NCBI GenBank assembly: GCA_026395955.1
Contig: JAPLXR010000008.1
Span: 5,179-69,178 of the forward strand
DNA: 64,000 nt
Direction of reading: 5' to 3'
DNA from: Candidatus Nomurabacteria bacterium
Lineage (GTDB): Bacteria > Patescibacteriota > Minisyncoccia > Phycocordibacterales > UBA9973
The position numbers were made by a program, and so were the translations under genes. Shown here in pieces: positions 30,966-41,149 of this stretch (its first letter is position 1; every line of letters starts with the position of its first letter). A model generated the notes under the pieces. It did not search any database. It was not told the DNA's origin and worked only from the letters and a program-made list of their open reading frames with translations.

Positions 30966-31868
30966 TTAAAAATATAAGAAATAACTACCAAAAATTATAA
31001 TACTCATTGCAAATACTTTCTGTAGAATAACTTTCTTACTAATATCTTCTTTTCCAAAAGAAGGAATGAAAACTGTAAAAATAATTCCTAATATAAATAC
31101 AAATATAGGTTGAAAGGCTTCAACCATTAGAACCATGGCTACAACTGGAGCCATCATTAAAGCTTTAGATATAAGTAAGTTGCCAGCAACAGTAGTTAAT
31201 TCAACTAAAGCACTAAAACCACATATAGCTAAAGCATCTTTTTTAAAAATCGTGAAAAATTCTTGTCTATAGGACTTTATAGAAAATAAAACTATAGCTG
31301 AAATAAATATTCCTACAGACTGCCAAAAAACTGAATTATAAAAATTTTCTGATGCACCTACTTTAAATAACACTTGATAAATAGCATAAGAAAGAGATGA
31401 TGTTATCATTAGTAGAAAAATATTTTTCTTAAATTTAAAACTAGAAAAATCGATAGAAATAATAACAGCACCCAATATCACTATTAAACCGCCAAGCATT
31501 TGTTTATTTGTCATTAATTCTCCTAAAAAAATGAATCCAAGTATAAATGCTAAAACAGGAATTAATTGAAAAGTAGGAGTTACTATAGATGTTTCATCTT
31601 TAGAAAGTGCAAATAAATATAGCAATATTGCAACAGTATATAAAATACCAGAAATTATCAATAGCAAAATATGGAGTGGTATAATAGAAAAAATATTTGG
31701 ATCTAGTAAATAAGTCCCTATTACTATAAAAATAGAAAAAAGAGATGAAAATGTTATCAAACCCTTGATACCTACTCCTTCTCCAAAACGAGTTATCAAA
31801 TACTTATCAATATGATTTGAAAAAGCCCAAAGTAATGGAGCCCATATAGCGATTAAAAGCCAAGACAT
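30966..31868 (-). CDS. EamA/DMT-family transporter
   Basis: 10 TM, duplicated EamA-like halves. Confidence 0.8.
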   Translation of the reverse strand: MSWLLIAIWAPLLWAFSNHIDKYLITRFGEGVGIKGLITFSSLFSIFIVIGTYLLDPNIFSIIPLHILLLIISGILYTVAILLYLFALSKDETSIVTPTFQLIPVLAFILGFIFLGELMTNKQMLGGLIVILGAVIISIDFSSFKFKKNIFLLMITSSLSYAIYQVLFKVGASENFYNSVFWQSVGIFISAIVLFSIKSYRQEFFTIFKKDALAICGFSALVELTTVAGNLLISKALMMAPVVAMVLMVEAFQPIFVFILGIIFTVFIPSFGKEDISKKVILQKVFAMSIIIFGSYFLYF

Positions 31869-31889
31869 GTATTTAGTATATCATAATAT

Positions 31890-32360
31890 TTATAGAATAA
31901 ACTTAAGGGAGCCTAATCCAACCTCTTTTCTTAATTTATTAACATTTTCTATGTTTAAAATAGGTAGGAATTCTATATTCCCTTTCGAGTCTTTTTTATA
32001 TTGAGTACCATATATTTGTGGTAAATTTTTAAGAACTCTAAATTTATCTATTAAGTAAGCCTTATGAGAAAGATTTATTTCATTTTTTTTAAATTTTTCT
32101 AATAAATTAAGCGCTTTCTGTATAAAATATAAATCACCACAATGAAGCGTAATTAAAATCGCAGCAGTGTAAGCAGATTCTGAAGTCTTTTTTATAGTTG
32201 GAAAACCTATTTCTTCAATTATTTCTTTTAATATGTTTAAATGTTTATTATTTATATCACTTAATTCTGTTTGAGTTATTTTTTGATTATAAAAATCCTT
32301 AATAGCTATTTGGTCAACCTTCAAAATATTTTCAAGAATTTTTGTATAATTTTTATGCAT
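31890..32360 (-). CDS. hypothetical protein
   Basis: 156-aa ORF, no recognised motif. Confidence 0.45.
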   Translation of the reverse strand: MHKNYTKILENILKVDQIAIKDFYNQKITQTELSDINNKHLNILKEIIEEIGFPTIKKTSESAYTAAILITLHCGDLYFIQKALNLLEKFKKNEINLSHKAYLIDKFRVLKNLPQIYGTQYKKDSKGNIEFLPILNIENVNKLRKEVGLGSLKFIL

Positions 32361-32377
32361 AGCATTAAAATATATTA

Positions 32378-34075
32378 TTACTTTAAATACTCAGGTATAT
32401 TCTGGTTTAAATAGTCTAGAAGCTGGCGCATTATGTATGCTCCCCCAACTCCATTTGTTGTAGGCCCAGCTTCCATCATTACGATAAATGCGTAATGTGG
32501 GTGATCATATGGGAAAAATCCTGTAACCCAAGAGTTAACTTTGTCATTTGCGACACCGACTTGGGCCGTACCAGTTTTTGCAGCGACTTGTACATAAGGT
32601 ACATTTAATGCTACAGAAGTTCCTGTCAAAACACTCCTTCTCATTCCTTCATGAACAACATCAAAATAACTTTTACTAAAATCTAAATTAGTTATTTGAT
32701 TTTCTTTTTCAATATCATTAAGTAAGAAATGTGGAGTTAAAAGTTTTCCATAATTTGCGACAGCAGAAATAGCACGAACCATCTGTATAGGTGTAACTTG
32801 ATATCCGTATTGCCCGATAGCTGTGTGATATGTATCTCCTACTCTCCAAGCGGAGTCTTTTGGGAAATTTATTGCTTTCCATTCCGGACTAGGAATAACA
32901 CCTTCTTTTTCATCTGGTAAATCTACTCCGGTTTTTTCACCAATACCAAACATACGAGAATATTTTTCTATATTTGCAATACCGAGACCTTTTTGACTTT
33001 GAAAACCTCCTCCTATTTCATAAAAATAAACATCAGAAGACACTGCGATAGCATCTCGCATATCTACCCATCCTTGTGGACGCCAGTCTTTGAAGATTGT
33101 TTCTTTGGTTTTGTCATATGGGTTTGGAATAGAAATAGATCCCGTAGAAAGAATTTTTGTTAATGGGTCAATTACTTTTTCCTGTAATGCTCCCATAGAG
33201 ATGACTGGTTTTACAATAGATCCTGGTGTGTACAATCCAGACGATGTTCTATCCATAAAAACCTGATTTTTATTATTTAAATATCCATTGATTGTGACTG
33301 CGTCTTTACCTTGAGACAAAATATCTGAATCATATTCAGGATAAGAAACACTGGCTAGAATCTGGCCATTTGTTACATCCATGATCATTGCTGCTCCACC
33401 TTTAAAAGAAACTTGATTAGCTAGATTTTTTATTGAAGAAAATAATTGTGATTGAATTCTAGAATCTATAGTTAAATCTAAGTCAGCACCTCTCTGTGGT
33501 GCATTTACAATATTTTCAGAATATATTTTTCCTTGTACATCTGTTTCTACTATTTTTACTCCATTTGTACCTTGGAGTTGTGTATCGTATTGTTTTTCTA
33601 AACCGTCTTTACCTGTAAAGTTTGGCCTCCAATAATTACCAGATTTATCTTTTGCTGGATAAGATACGTATCCTACAAGGTGAGAAAAACCATTAGCTAA
33701 ATATGCACGAGAAGAAAAATCAGCTAAATCACCCTTTTTATTCCAAGCTAATTCTTTTTTATTCCTATCATAAATTATTCCTCTATCTGCAAATAATATT
33801 TGTTTATTTAAAGTATTATTTTGACTTCTTTTAAAATAAGCCTCCCCTTTTTTAATTTGTAAAATTCCTAAACGTGTCACAAACAAACAACCACATATAA
33901 AAAAGAAAGTTCCCAAGAAGAAGATCGTTTTTTTTGATACAGGACGCTCTATGCGACCTTCGAATTGTTGAATATCAAAATTACCAATATTTTGTGAATC
34001 AAGAAAAATCTCGTCTGGTGCGACATAGTTGTTTGCATTCTTTATTTTTTTACTTTTTGAAATTTTTCTGATCAT
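32378..34075 (-). CDS. class B penicillin-binding protein (PBP2/FtsI-type transpeptidase)
   Basis: N-terminal TM. SxxK (GSIVKP), SxN (SSD) and KTG (KTGTAQ) motifs. Confidence 0.85.
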   Translation of the reverse strand: MIRKISKSKKIKNANNYVAPDEIFLDSQNIGNFDIQQFEGRIERPVSKKTIFFLGTFFFICGCLFVTRLGILQIKKGEAYFKRSQNNTLNKQILFADRGIIYDRNKKELAWNKKGDLADFSSRAYLANGFSHLVGYVSYPAKDKSGNYWRPNFTGKDGLEKQYDTQLQGTNGVKIVETDVQGKIYSENIVNAPQRGADLDLTIDSRIQSQLFSSIKNLANQVSFKGGAAMIMDVTNGQILASVSYPEYDSDILSQGKDAVTINGYLNNKNQVFMDRTSSGLYTPGSIVKPVISMGALQEKVIDPLTKILSTGSISIPNPYDKTKETIFKDWRPQGWVDMRDAIAVSSDVYFYEIGGGFQSQKGLGIANIEKYSRMFGIGEKTGVDLPDEKEGVIPSPEWKAINFPKDSAWRVGDTYHTAIGQYGYQVTPIQMVRAISAVANYGKLLTPHFLLNDIEKENQITNLDFSKSYFDVVHEGMRRSVLTGTSVALNVPYVQVAAKTGTAQVGVANDKVNSWVTGFFPYDHPHYAFIVMMEAGPTTNGVGGAYIMRQLLDYLNQNIPEYLK

Positions 34076-34087
34076 TTATTATAAATA

Positions 34088-34345
34088 TTATTTTTTTGAA
34101 TAAAATTTTATTTTCTTTTTAATAATTTCTATAGCGAGAATAAAAATTAATGAAACTATAAATGCAGTAAATAAATTTTTCTGATGTACTCCAAAAAGTA
34201 GGTCAGATATTAGCATTAAAATACTAACTTCAATGAAGAAATTAAATAAAAATAATGATATAAAACATAACAAAATAGACGGCCAAAAAGGCATAAAAAG
34301 CATAGAAAACAAGAGTATTATTGATGTTAGGATTCTGTAGGCCAT
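34088..34345 (-). CDS. small polytopic membrane protein (possible MreD-like)
   Basis: 85 aa, 2-3 TM. Lies immediately upstream of the PBP with a 12-nt gap. The MreD assignment rests on position only. Confidence 0.35.
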   Translation of the reverse strand: MAYRILTSIILLFSMLFMPFWPSILLCFISLFLFNFFIEVSILMLISDLLFGVHQKNLFTAFIVSLIFILAIEIIKKKIKFYSKK

Positions 34346-34346
34346 A

Positions 34347-35219
34347 TTATCTATTTTTCCACTTTCGCCAGATATACCTTAACACAAAAAAGATAACTAA
34401 TACAGACAAACCATAAAAGATTATTTTGAAGTCGAAAATAGCAGATAGTATCGCTGCAAAGAATAATTTTATATATTCGAACGGCTTACTGAGTTTACTT
34501 TTACCTTTTTCACTAGCATTTGATGCACCATTTTTTATATTATCTTTTATTGTTTGAATATTACTTTTTATTTTATCTTTAAAAGAAGTCGTTTTATTTT
34601 CTACAGATTGTCGGAAAGATTCTACTCCATCTACGACATACGCTACGGGTTTTGATATAAATGTCGGAGCATTATCTTTGATAGTATTAGCTACACTAGT
34701 TGTTTTATCATCTATTGTATTTACAAGTGAATTACTGGAATCCTTTATTGGATTGTTCGTAGTTGTATTTGTGTCAGTATTGGCTACCGTATCAATTTTC
34801 TTATTAACAGTTCTCTTACTAGTATCTGACTGATTATCTGGTAGATATACATCTACATATGTACCATTAGATGTCAGATATCGAGTACTTTCTATTTTTG
34901 CAAAAATAGTATGGTCACCGACAGTAACTTGCCATGGTAGACCAACTTGAGACACTTGACTCGATCCTGCTGTAAAGTTTCTTTTTCCTAGGAGGACATC
35001 ATTATCAAAAAATAAAACTGATCCAGAAAGCTGACGAGAGTCTGAGTTAAAAACTAAAGTATATATTTTTATATTATCACCTTCTTCAAAAGGATCTTTT
35101 GAATACCAAATATTTGAAGGAATAAAACCAGCATTTGTAGAATTTTGAGCAAAAGATATTTTATAACTAAAAGAAAAAACTAGTAGAAATACAAATATAA
35201 AAATTCGTCCTTTTTTCAT
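34347..35219 (-). CDS. secreted/bitopic beta-rich protein with C-terminal TM
   Basis: Signal peptide, N/T-rich middle, C-terminal hydrophobic helix. Confidence 0.5.
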   Translation of the reverse strand: MKKGRIFIFVFLLVFSFSYKISFAQNSTNAGFIPSNIWYSKDPFEEGDNIKIYTLVFNSDSRQLSGSVLFFDNDVLLGKRNFTAGSSQVSQVGLPWQVTVGDHTIFAKIESTRYLTSNGTYVDVYLPDNQSDTSKRTVNKKIDTVANTDTNTTTNNPIKDSSNSLVNTIDDKTTSVANTIKDNAPTFISKPVAYVVDGVESFRQSVENKTTSFKDKIKSNIQTIKDNIKNGASNASEKGKSKLSKPFEYIKLFFAAILSAIFDFKIIFYGLSVLVIFFVLRYIWRKWKNR

Positions 35220-35260
35220 AGTTTAATTATAACATTTGAAATAAATTTATAAAAGGAATT

Positions 35261-35905
35261 TTAAATCCCCTCTTTTTTTAATTCTTCGAGAAGTTCGCGG
35301 GCTTTTTTAGATATTTTGTGTGGAACTTTTACATAGACTTTTATATACAAGTCACCTGGTTTTCCATCCTTGATACTTTCACCCATACCTGTCATTTTCA
35401 ACATTTGTCCGTCATGAATACCTGATGGAATTACTATTTTTATTTCTTTATGACCTGTAATAATTATTTTTCTTTCAGCACCGAGTATTGCATCAATCAT
35501 AGATATTTCTATTTCTGTTTGCATGTCTCTTCCTTTTGGGGTTCTCTTGTAACCTCGTGCACCTCCAAAAAAATCTGAGAATATATCATTTAAATCAAAT
35601 TCTACTCCGCCACCATTTTGGAAACCAGAAAAGTCGAAACCTTCAAAACCACCACCGAACCCACCTTGGTATTGTTGTCCACCACCTCCCATATTTTGAT
35701 ACCCAGAACCAAATCTGTCGTACTGAGCACGTTTCGTATCATCTGAAAGAGTTTGATAAGCTTCATTTATTTCTTTGAATTTCTTGTCGTCTCCTTTGTT
35801 TTTGTCTGGATGGTGTTGATGCGCAAGCTTACGAAAAGCTGTTTTCAGCTCGTCTTTTGAGGCACTTTTATTTACACCTAGTATTTCATAGTAATCTTTT
35901 GACAT
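35261..35905 (-). CDS. J-domain co-chaperone (DnaJ-like, lacks zinc-finger domain)
   Basis: J domain with HPD (HHPDKNKGD). G/F-rich region. Short DnaJ C-terminal-like segment ([12 protein letters not shown]). No CxxCxGxG repeats. 214 aa. Confidence 0.8.
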   Translation of the reverse strand: MSKDYYEILGVNKSASKDELKTAFRKLAHQHHPDKNKGDDKKFKEINEAYQTLSDDTKRAQYDRFGSGYQNMGGGGQQYQGGFGGGFEGFDFSGFQNGGGVEFDLNDIFSDFFGGARGYKRTPKGRDMQTEIEISMIDAILGAERKIIITGHKEIKIVIPSGIHDGQMLKMTGMGESIKDGKPGDLYIKVYVKVPHKISKKARELLEELKKEGI

Positions 35906-35918
35906 ATTTATATATTAG

Positions 35919-37910
35919 TTATTCTAAAATTTTTAGCAAGACGTCTTCGGGAACTTCTTTGATTTGAGGTTTAGATTGTTCCCCTCCTTGTTGAGGAGGG
36001 GTGGCTTTAGCTGGGGTGGTGGCTTCTGTTTTCTGCGCAATAAAATCTTTAAATTTATTCATGTCATCACTACTAGCACCTTTATCTTTTGGAAAATTAT
36101 TTGGTAAAGGATTAGTTTGACCTTTTAATGAATTTAATGAAATTGAAGGCTGAGGCTGAACAACTTTTTCTTCTTTCAATGTTTCCGAAAGAGCTTTATT
36201 TAAAATATCTTTCAAAGCATTATTTTGAGACATTGGTCTTTGAATATTTTGTATTGGTTGTTGTTGTGGAGCTGGTTTAAATACTTTTGGTTCTACTGGT
36301 GGAGTTGGAGCTTTATATACTGGTTTAAAAGTTGTTTGTGTAGGTTGTTGTACAGGAGCAGGTGGAGTAATTATTGGTGCTTTTATTTCTTTCTTTTCTT
36401 CTAGAGGTTTCGGTGCGACATATGGTAAAGGCTTGATTGTACCTTCTTTCATTTTAGCAATACAGTCTTTACAATACACAGGTCGTCCTGCTTCTGGTTT
36501 GAATGGAACCAAAGTATCTTTACCACAGATAGAACATTTAACTGGGAATTGTTCTACATCTTTATTTCCCTTTGGAGCTGTCGCGGCTGAAAGATTTAAA
36601 AACATTCCACTCCATTCACTGATTTCTTTTTCAACAATTTCTCTAGGGCGAGCATAAAGTTTTCTAGAGATATCTATAACTTCTTGTTCTGTTTGTAAGT
36701 TTCTCTTTGTAATCATCGGTGGTAATGTGCGTGCAGAAAATGGACGACTTGTTACGCCATCGATCATAAGTTTCAAATAAATTCTATAGTTTGGAAGACT
36801 TACGATATCTTGAGCCATAAATTCTGGTTCGAATTCTTTTTCTAAAAAGTCTGCATCTTCAGCACCAACACGAAATACAATCATAGTTCCGACGTTACCG
36901 AAAACAGCATCACGCACAGCTGAACCATTTGCAGAAACGAGTTGAGCAGTGTATTGGTGTGCAACCGTTAGATTTAAACGGTATTTTCGAGCTTCAGAAA
37001 GAATGTTTGCAAAAGAATCTGTTACGAAGTTTTGGAATTCGTCTACATATAAATAAAAGTCTTTACGTTGATCTTCAGCAATACGTACACGCTCCATCGC
37101 TGCGAGTTGGATTTTTGTAATAAGCATACCTCCGAGCAATGCTGAATTATCTTCACCGATACGTCCCTTCGAAACGTTCACGAGGAAAATTTTCTTCTCG
37201 TTCATAATATCAAAAAGATTGATTGTACTTTTTGATTGACCGACAACATTACGCACAATAGAACTTGAGAGAAATTGTCCGACTTTATTTTGAATAGGTG
37301 TAATAGCTTCATTACGGAATTTGTCTTGCCAAGTATCATATTCATTTACCCAAAAACCTTTTACGATAGGATCTTTGATATTATCAACAATTGTTTTTCT
37401 ATATGGTTTATCTACGAGCATACGAGTCACACCGAGGAGTGTCGTGCCAGGAGTTTCAAGCAATGCCAAAATAGCATTGTTCAAAATATATTCCATACGA
37501 GCAGACCAAACATTCGCCCAGATCTTCGTAAAGATTCCCATGAGTCCTGAAGCTACGAGATGTTTGTATTGAGGATCGACGAGTTCGAGAACATTTAACC
37601 CAATATGATAATCAGTATCAGCTGGATTGAAATATACAACGTCTTGCATTCTATGTGGAGGAATACTAGAAACAATATCTTCTACGAGTTCACCGTGAGG
37701 ATCGACAACACAAACACCTTCACCATTGATGATGTTTTGCATAACCATATTTGTCATAAAAGCAGATTTACCTGTTCCTGATTTTCCTAGAATATATACG
37801 TGCTGTCTGCGATCTTTTCTTTTAATACCAAAAAGCTGATTTTTATTTCTAAATGTTGTTTCACCTAGATATGTGATATCTTTATTTTCTGGGAATTGTA
37901 TTGGATCCAT
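35919..37910 (-). CDS. FtsK/HerA/TrwB(VirD4)-superfamily P-loop ATPase with C-terminal CxxC...CxxC zinc ribbon and Pro/Gln-rich tail
   Basis: Walker A GKSGTGKSAF. VVDPHGE (cf. TrwB/HerA DPxGE). Walker B FYLYVDEFQNF. HQ motif. Zinc ribbon VKCSICGKDTLVPFKPEAGRPVYCKDCIAK. No TM. Likely start at MDPIQ (37910); the track start is 37940. Confidence 0.75.
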   Translation of the reverse strand: MDPIQFPENKDITYLGETTFRNKNQLFGIKRKDRRQHVYILGKSGTGKSAFMTNMVMQNIINGEGVCVVDPHGELVEDIVSSIPPHRMQDVVYFNPADTDYHIGLNVLELVDPQYKHLVASGLMGIFTKIWANVWSARMEYILNNAILALLETPGTTLLGVTRMLVDKPYRKTIVDNIKDPIVKGFWVNEYDTWQDKFRNEAITPIQNKVGQFLSSSIVRNVVGQSKSTINLFDIMNEKKIFLVNVSKGRIGEDNSALLGGMLITKIQLAAMERVRIAEDQRKDFYLYVDEFQNFVTDSFANILSEARKYRLNLTVAHQYTAQLVSANGSAVRDAVFGNVGTMIVFRVGAEDADFLEKEFEPEFMAQDIVSLPNYRIYLKLMIDGVTSRPFSARTLPPMITKRNLQTEQEVIDISRKLYARPREIVEKEISEWSGMFLNLSAATAPKGNKDVEQFPVKCSICGKDTLVPFKPEAGRPVYCKDCIAKMKEGTIKPLPYVAPKPLEEKKEIKAPIITPPAPVQQPTQTTFKPVYKAPTPPVEPKVFKPAPQQQPIQNIQRPMSQNNALKDILNKALSETLKEEKVVQPQPSISLNSLKGQTNPLPNNFPKDKGASSDDMNKFKDFIAQKTEATTPAKATPPQQGGEQSKPQIKEVPEDVLLKILE
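35981..36001. repeat. GC-rich palindrome (7-bp arms) inside the ATPase gene tail
   Basis: cccctcc-ttgttga-ggagggg. Encodes PPQQGG on the minus strand. Confidence 0.65.
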
Positions 37911-38053
37911 ATATATGATTATATCAGTTATTAAAAACAAAAAAAGCTTTTTAAAGCTTTTTTTGTTAGAGAAATTGAAAGTATTTTTTCGAGCTGGTCT
38001 GGCTGACCCCCTTCCAAGGACCCGAGAAAAAATTCTTTCAGTTTCTCTTCTTG

Positions 38054-39949
38054 CTATGCTTTTGGTTCTTCACCCTCTGGCTTTACCTCCTCACCTTTGA
38101 CTTCGGTTGCTTGTTCTTCGGGTGTACCTCCGGATGGAGCCTCTGCACCTGCTTTACTCATAGCTTCACCGATCTTAGACATTTCTGTAGAAAGTTCTTC
38201 TAGAGCTTTTTGAATAGCTGGTAAGTCTGTACCATCTTTTAATCCGCGAAGTGCTGTGATTTTTGCATTCACTCCATCTTTCACTTCTGCTGGAATTTTT
38301 GCTTCATTATCTTTCAAAGCTTTTTCTGCAGAGTAAATAGTCATTTCACAAGAATTTTTTATTTCTGCTAATTCTTTTTTCTGTTTATCTTCTTCAGCAT
38401 GAAGTTCAGCATCAGCTTGCATCTTCTTTATATCTTCATCTTTCAATCCTGAACTTGCTTCGATTTTAATTGATTGAGTTTTACCTGAAGCTTTATCTTT
38501 TGCAGTGACGTTAAGAATACCATTCGCATCTACATCGAAAGAAACTTCGACTTGTGGCATACCGCGTGGTGCTGGTGGAATACCATCGAGAATAAATCTT
38601 CCGAGTGATTTGTTATCACCAGCCATTGGACGTTCACCTTGAACGATATGGATTTCTACACTTGTTTGATTGTCGGCTGCTGTAGAAAATGTCTGTGATT
38701 TAGAGGATGGAATAGTTGTATTTCTCTCAACTAATTTTGTAGCCACGCCTCCAAGTGTTTCGATACCGAGTGAAAGTGGAATAACATCGAGAAGTAAAAC
38801 GTCGCGCACATCACCTTGTAATACTCCAGCTTGCACTGCAGCACCGAGGGCGACGACTTCGTCTGGATTGATAGAAAGGTTTGGAGTTTTTCCAAAAACT
38901 TTTTTCACTTCTTCCACGATCTTTGGCATTCTTGTTTGTCCTCCGACCATTATTATTTCATTCATTTCTTCCATTTTGAAACCAGAAGCAGTCATAGCTC
39001 GCTTTGTTATCTCGATAGAACGAGTGATATATTCATCGGCAATTGATTCGAGTTGCGCACGAGTCATTTTGAGTAATAAGTGTTGTGGGCCAGCTTCTGT
39101 AGAAGTAATGAAAGGGATGTTGATTTCTGTTTCAATAGCTGTAGAAAGCTCGATTTTAGCCTTTTCAGCAGCTTCATCGAGGCGTTGTAATGCGAGCTTG
39201 TCATTGCGGACATCTACACCTGAAGTCTTCTTGTATTCTTCTGCGATCCAAGCAATAATCTTGTGATCAATATCACGGCCTCCGAGGTGACTGTCGCCAT
39301 CTGTTGATTTTACTTCGATAACATCGTCACCAATTTCAAGAACTGACACGTCGAATGTACCTCCTCCGAAGTCATACACAACGATCTTTTCATTTTTCTT
39401 TTTATTGAAACCATAAGCGAGAGCTGCGGCTGTAGGCTCGTTTATAATTCTCTTTACATCGAGTCCTGCGATCATACCTGCATCCTTTGTAGCTTTTCTT
39501 TGTGCATCATTGAAATATGCTGGAACTGTAATAACAGCCTCAGTAATTTTTTCTCCAATCTTTGCTTCCACATCAGCCTTAATTTTTCCTAAAATCATCG
39601 CAGAGATTTCTTCTGGGCGCATCCATTTGTCGCCGATCATTACTTCTACTCCTCCGTCTTTTCCTTTTTGTAATTTAAATGAAGCATTCTTCAAATCCTT
39701 TTGCACTTCTGGATCTTCAAAATTGTGACCCATAAAACGCTTGATACCGTAGACGGTATTTTCCGGATTCGTCACTGCCTGTCTTTTTGCAAGTAAACCT
39801 ACGAGACGATCTCCATTTTTTGCAACAGAAACGATACTCGGAGTCGTTCGAGCTCCTTCGATATTTTCTATAATCTTCGGCTGTCCTCCTTCGATGATTG
39901 CTACTGCACTATTTGTTGTACCCAAGTCTATTCCAATTATTTTTGACAT
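38054..39949 (-). CDS. dnaK: molecular chaperone DnaK (Hsp70)
   Basis: [21 protein letters not shown] and full-length Hsp70 architecture. Confidence 0.95.
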   Translation of the reverse strand: MSKIIGIDLGTTNSAVAIIEGGQPKIIENIEGARTTPSIVSVAKNGDRLVGLLAKRQAVTNPENTVYGIKRFMGHNFEDPEVQKDLKNASFKLQKGKDGGVEVMIGDKWMRPEEISAMILGKIKADVEAKIGEKITEAVITVPAYFNDAQRKATKDAGMIAGLDVKRIINEPTAAALAYGFNKKKNEKIVVYDFGGGTFDVSVLEIGDDVIEVKSTDGDSHLGGRDIDHKIIAWIAEEYKKTSGVDVRNDKLALQRLDEAAEKAKIELSTAIETEINIPFITSTEAGPQHLLLKMTRAQLESIADEYITRSIEITKRAMTASGFKMEEMNEIIMVGGQTRMPKIVEEVKKVFGKTPNLSINPDEVVALGAAVQAGVLQGDVRDVLLLDVIPLSLGIETLGGVATKLVERNTTIPSSKSQTFSTAADNQTSVEIHIVQGERPMAGDNKSLGRFILDGIPPAPRGMPQVEVSFDVDANGILNVTAKDKASGKTQSIKIEASSGLKDEDIKKMQADAELHAEEDKQKKELAEIKNSCEMTIYSAEKALKDNEAKIPAEVKDGVNAKITALRGLKDGTDLPAIQKALEELSTEMSKIGEAMSKAGAEAPSGGTPEEQATEVKGEEVKPEGEEPKA

Positions 39950-39987
39950 ATATTTTTTATTTGATTAATTTTTAATGGTTAATAATT

Positions 39988-40227
39988 TTATTTGATATCT
40001 TCTTTTCTATTTTTATTATAATTGTTCCAACCTATTGAATAAAATATTATTAAAAAAGGTAAAAACAACAATAAGAAACTTTGGAAATATTGATGGCAAT
40101 TTTTACCAAAATCTATTTTATAACAATAATAAGAACCTGCACTTTTTTCAATCAAAGTAAACAGGGTGATCATAAACAACCACAATACTGCCAGCTGACT
40201 TTTTGTAATTTTATAAATATTTTTCAT
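39988..40227 (-). CDS. small membrane protein
   Basis: 79 aa, 2 TM. Confidence 0.4.
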   Translation of the reverse strand: MKNIYKITKSQLAVLWLFMITLFTLIEKSAGSYYCYKIDFGKNCHQYFQSFLLLFLPFLIIFYSIGWNNYNKNRKEDIK

Positions 40228-40242
40228 ATTTTATCTTTATAA

Positions 40243-40545
40243 TTAATTACTAATAAAAAAACTAATAATTGACCAAATTAATTGGAGAATTCCAACAAAT
40301 ACAAGTCCAAAGGTTAACCAATTCATTGCTCTAGATCTTTTATAATTACTGATAGAAAGTTGAGTATTTGATTTAATTAACTCATTGACTGAATCAGCGA
40401 TTACGGACTTTAATTGTTGGACAGATAAAGCTACATTTTGAGAAGCGAAGGCATTTGCTTTCATAGCTGTATTATCCGTAAGATGTGAATTTTCTGCTTC
40501 TTTTAAGATTCTATTTACTTTATCATTAAAATCATTTTCTTCCAT
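40243..40545 (-). CDS. tail-anchored membrane protein (ElaB/YqjD-like architecture)
   Basis: Helical N-domain plus a single C-terminal TM. 100 aa. Confidence 0.4.
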   Translation of the reverse strand: MEENDFNDKVNRILKEAENSHLTDNTAMKANAFASQNVALSVQQLKSVIADSVNELIKSNTQLSISNYKRSRAMNWLTFGLVFVGILQLIWSIISFFISN

Positions 40546-40580
40546 AATAAACCTATTATATACAAGCCTTAATAATTTTG

Positions 40581-40633
40581 CAAGTATTTCGTGGTCGCGG
40601 AATACTTGTTAAAATGAGTATATATGATAATAT
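40581..40633 (+). promoter_or_regulatory. palindromic operator overlapping putative promoter of the regulator gene
   Basis: Inverted repeat caagtatt-N12-aatacttg (40581-40608). TTGTTA (40606-40611), 16 nt, TAATAT (40628-40633). ATG at 40640, so the transcript is nearly leaderless. Confidence 0.35.
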
Positions 40634-40639
40634 AGAAGC

Positions 40640-41146
40640 ATGTCAAGCCATACCAAGAAAATCATTAAAATACTAGGTGAAAAGAGTGCTGTGAGTGTCC
40701 AAAACCTCGTAGACGGCCCAATAAATGAAAAATACGCACTCACCCGTTCACTCAAAAACCTCCGCGAAGCGGGGCTGGTGGAGCATATTTCCAGTGGGCA
40801 AAATGATTACGCTCGCCTGACAAAAGAAGGAAAAAAGAAAATGCACAGTTTGAAGCTCGATAGCGACACAATGCTCGTGAATACTTCATGGGATGGATTC
40901 TGGAGAATTATTTTGCTCGACCTTCCCGAAGCTCGCAAAAGCGAACGCGAGAGTTTACGCTACTTATTAAAAAAGGCCGGCTTCGTGTGCCTGAAAAATT
41001 CTGCATGGATCTCCCCTTTTCCGTATGAATATCTTTTCGAAAATATTAAAAAGGATTTAGGACTCACGACAGAGATGATGATTATTGTCACTCAACACAT
41101 CGATGAAGAAACCAAAAAAGTTTTATTTGAAACTTTCGGAAAATAA
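40640..41146 (+). CDS. winged-helix transcriptional regulator, PaaX-like
   Basis: N-terminal wHTH. C-domain pattern SWDGFWRIILLDLPEARKSERESLRYLLKKAGFVCLKNSAWISP resembles the PaaX middle/C domains. The gene is about 47% GC, against ~30% for its neighbours. Confidence 0.5.
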   Translation: MSSHTKKIIKILGEKSAVSVQNLVDGPINEKYALTRSLKNLREAGLVEHISSGQNDYARLTKEGKKKMHSLKLDSDTMLVNTSWDGFWRIILLDLPEARKSERESLRYLLKKAGFVCLKNSAWISPFPYEYLFENIKKDLGLTTEMMIIVTQHIDEETKKVLFETFGK

Positions 41147-41149
41147 AAA

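Noticed and set aside
34347-35219. Secreted protein upstream of the MreD-like and PBP genes as MreC.
   Set aside because: MreC has an N-terminal TM plus coiled coil and no C-terminal TM. This protein has a signal peptide and a C-terminal anchor, with no MreC motifs.
37941-38053. A/T-only palindromes (aaaaaagcttt…aaagcttttttt) between dnaK and the ATPase as a rho-independent terminator.
   Set aside because: The stem is almost pure A-T and very weak. It may allow read-through or be part of a promoter, and is not convincing as a terminator.
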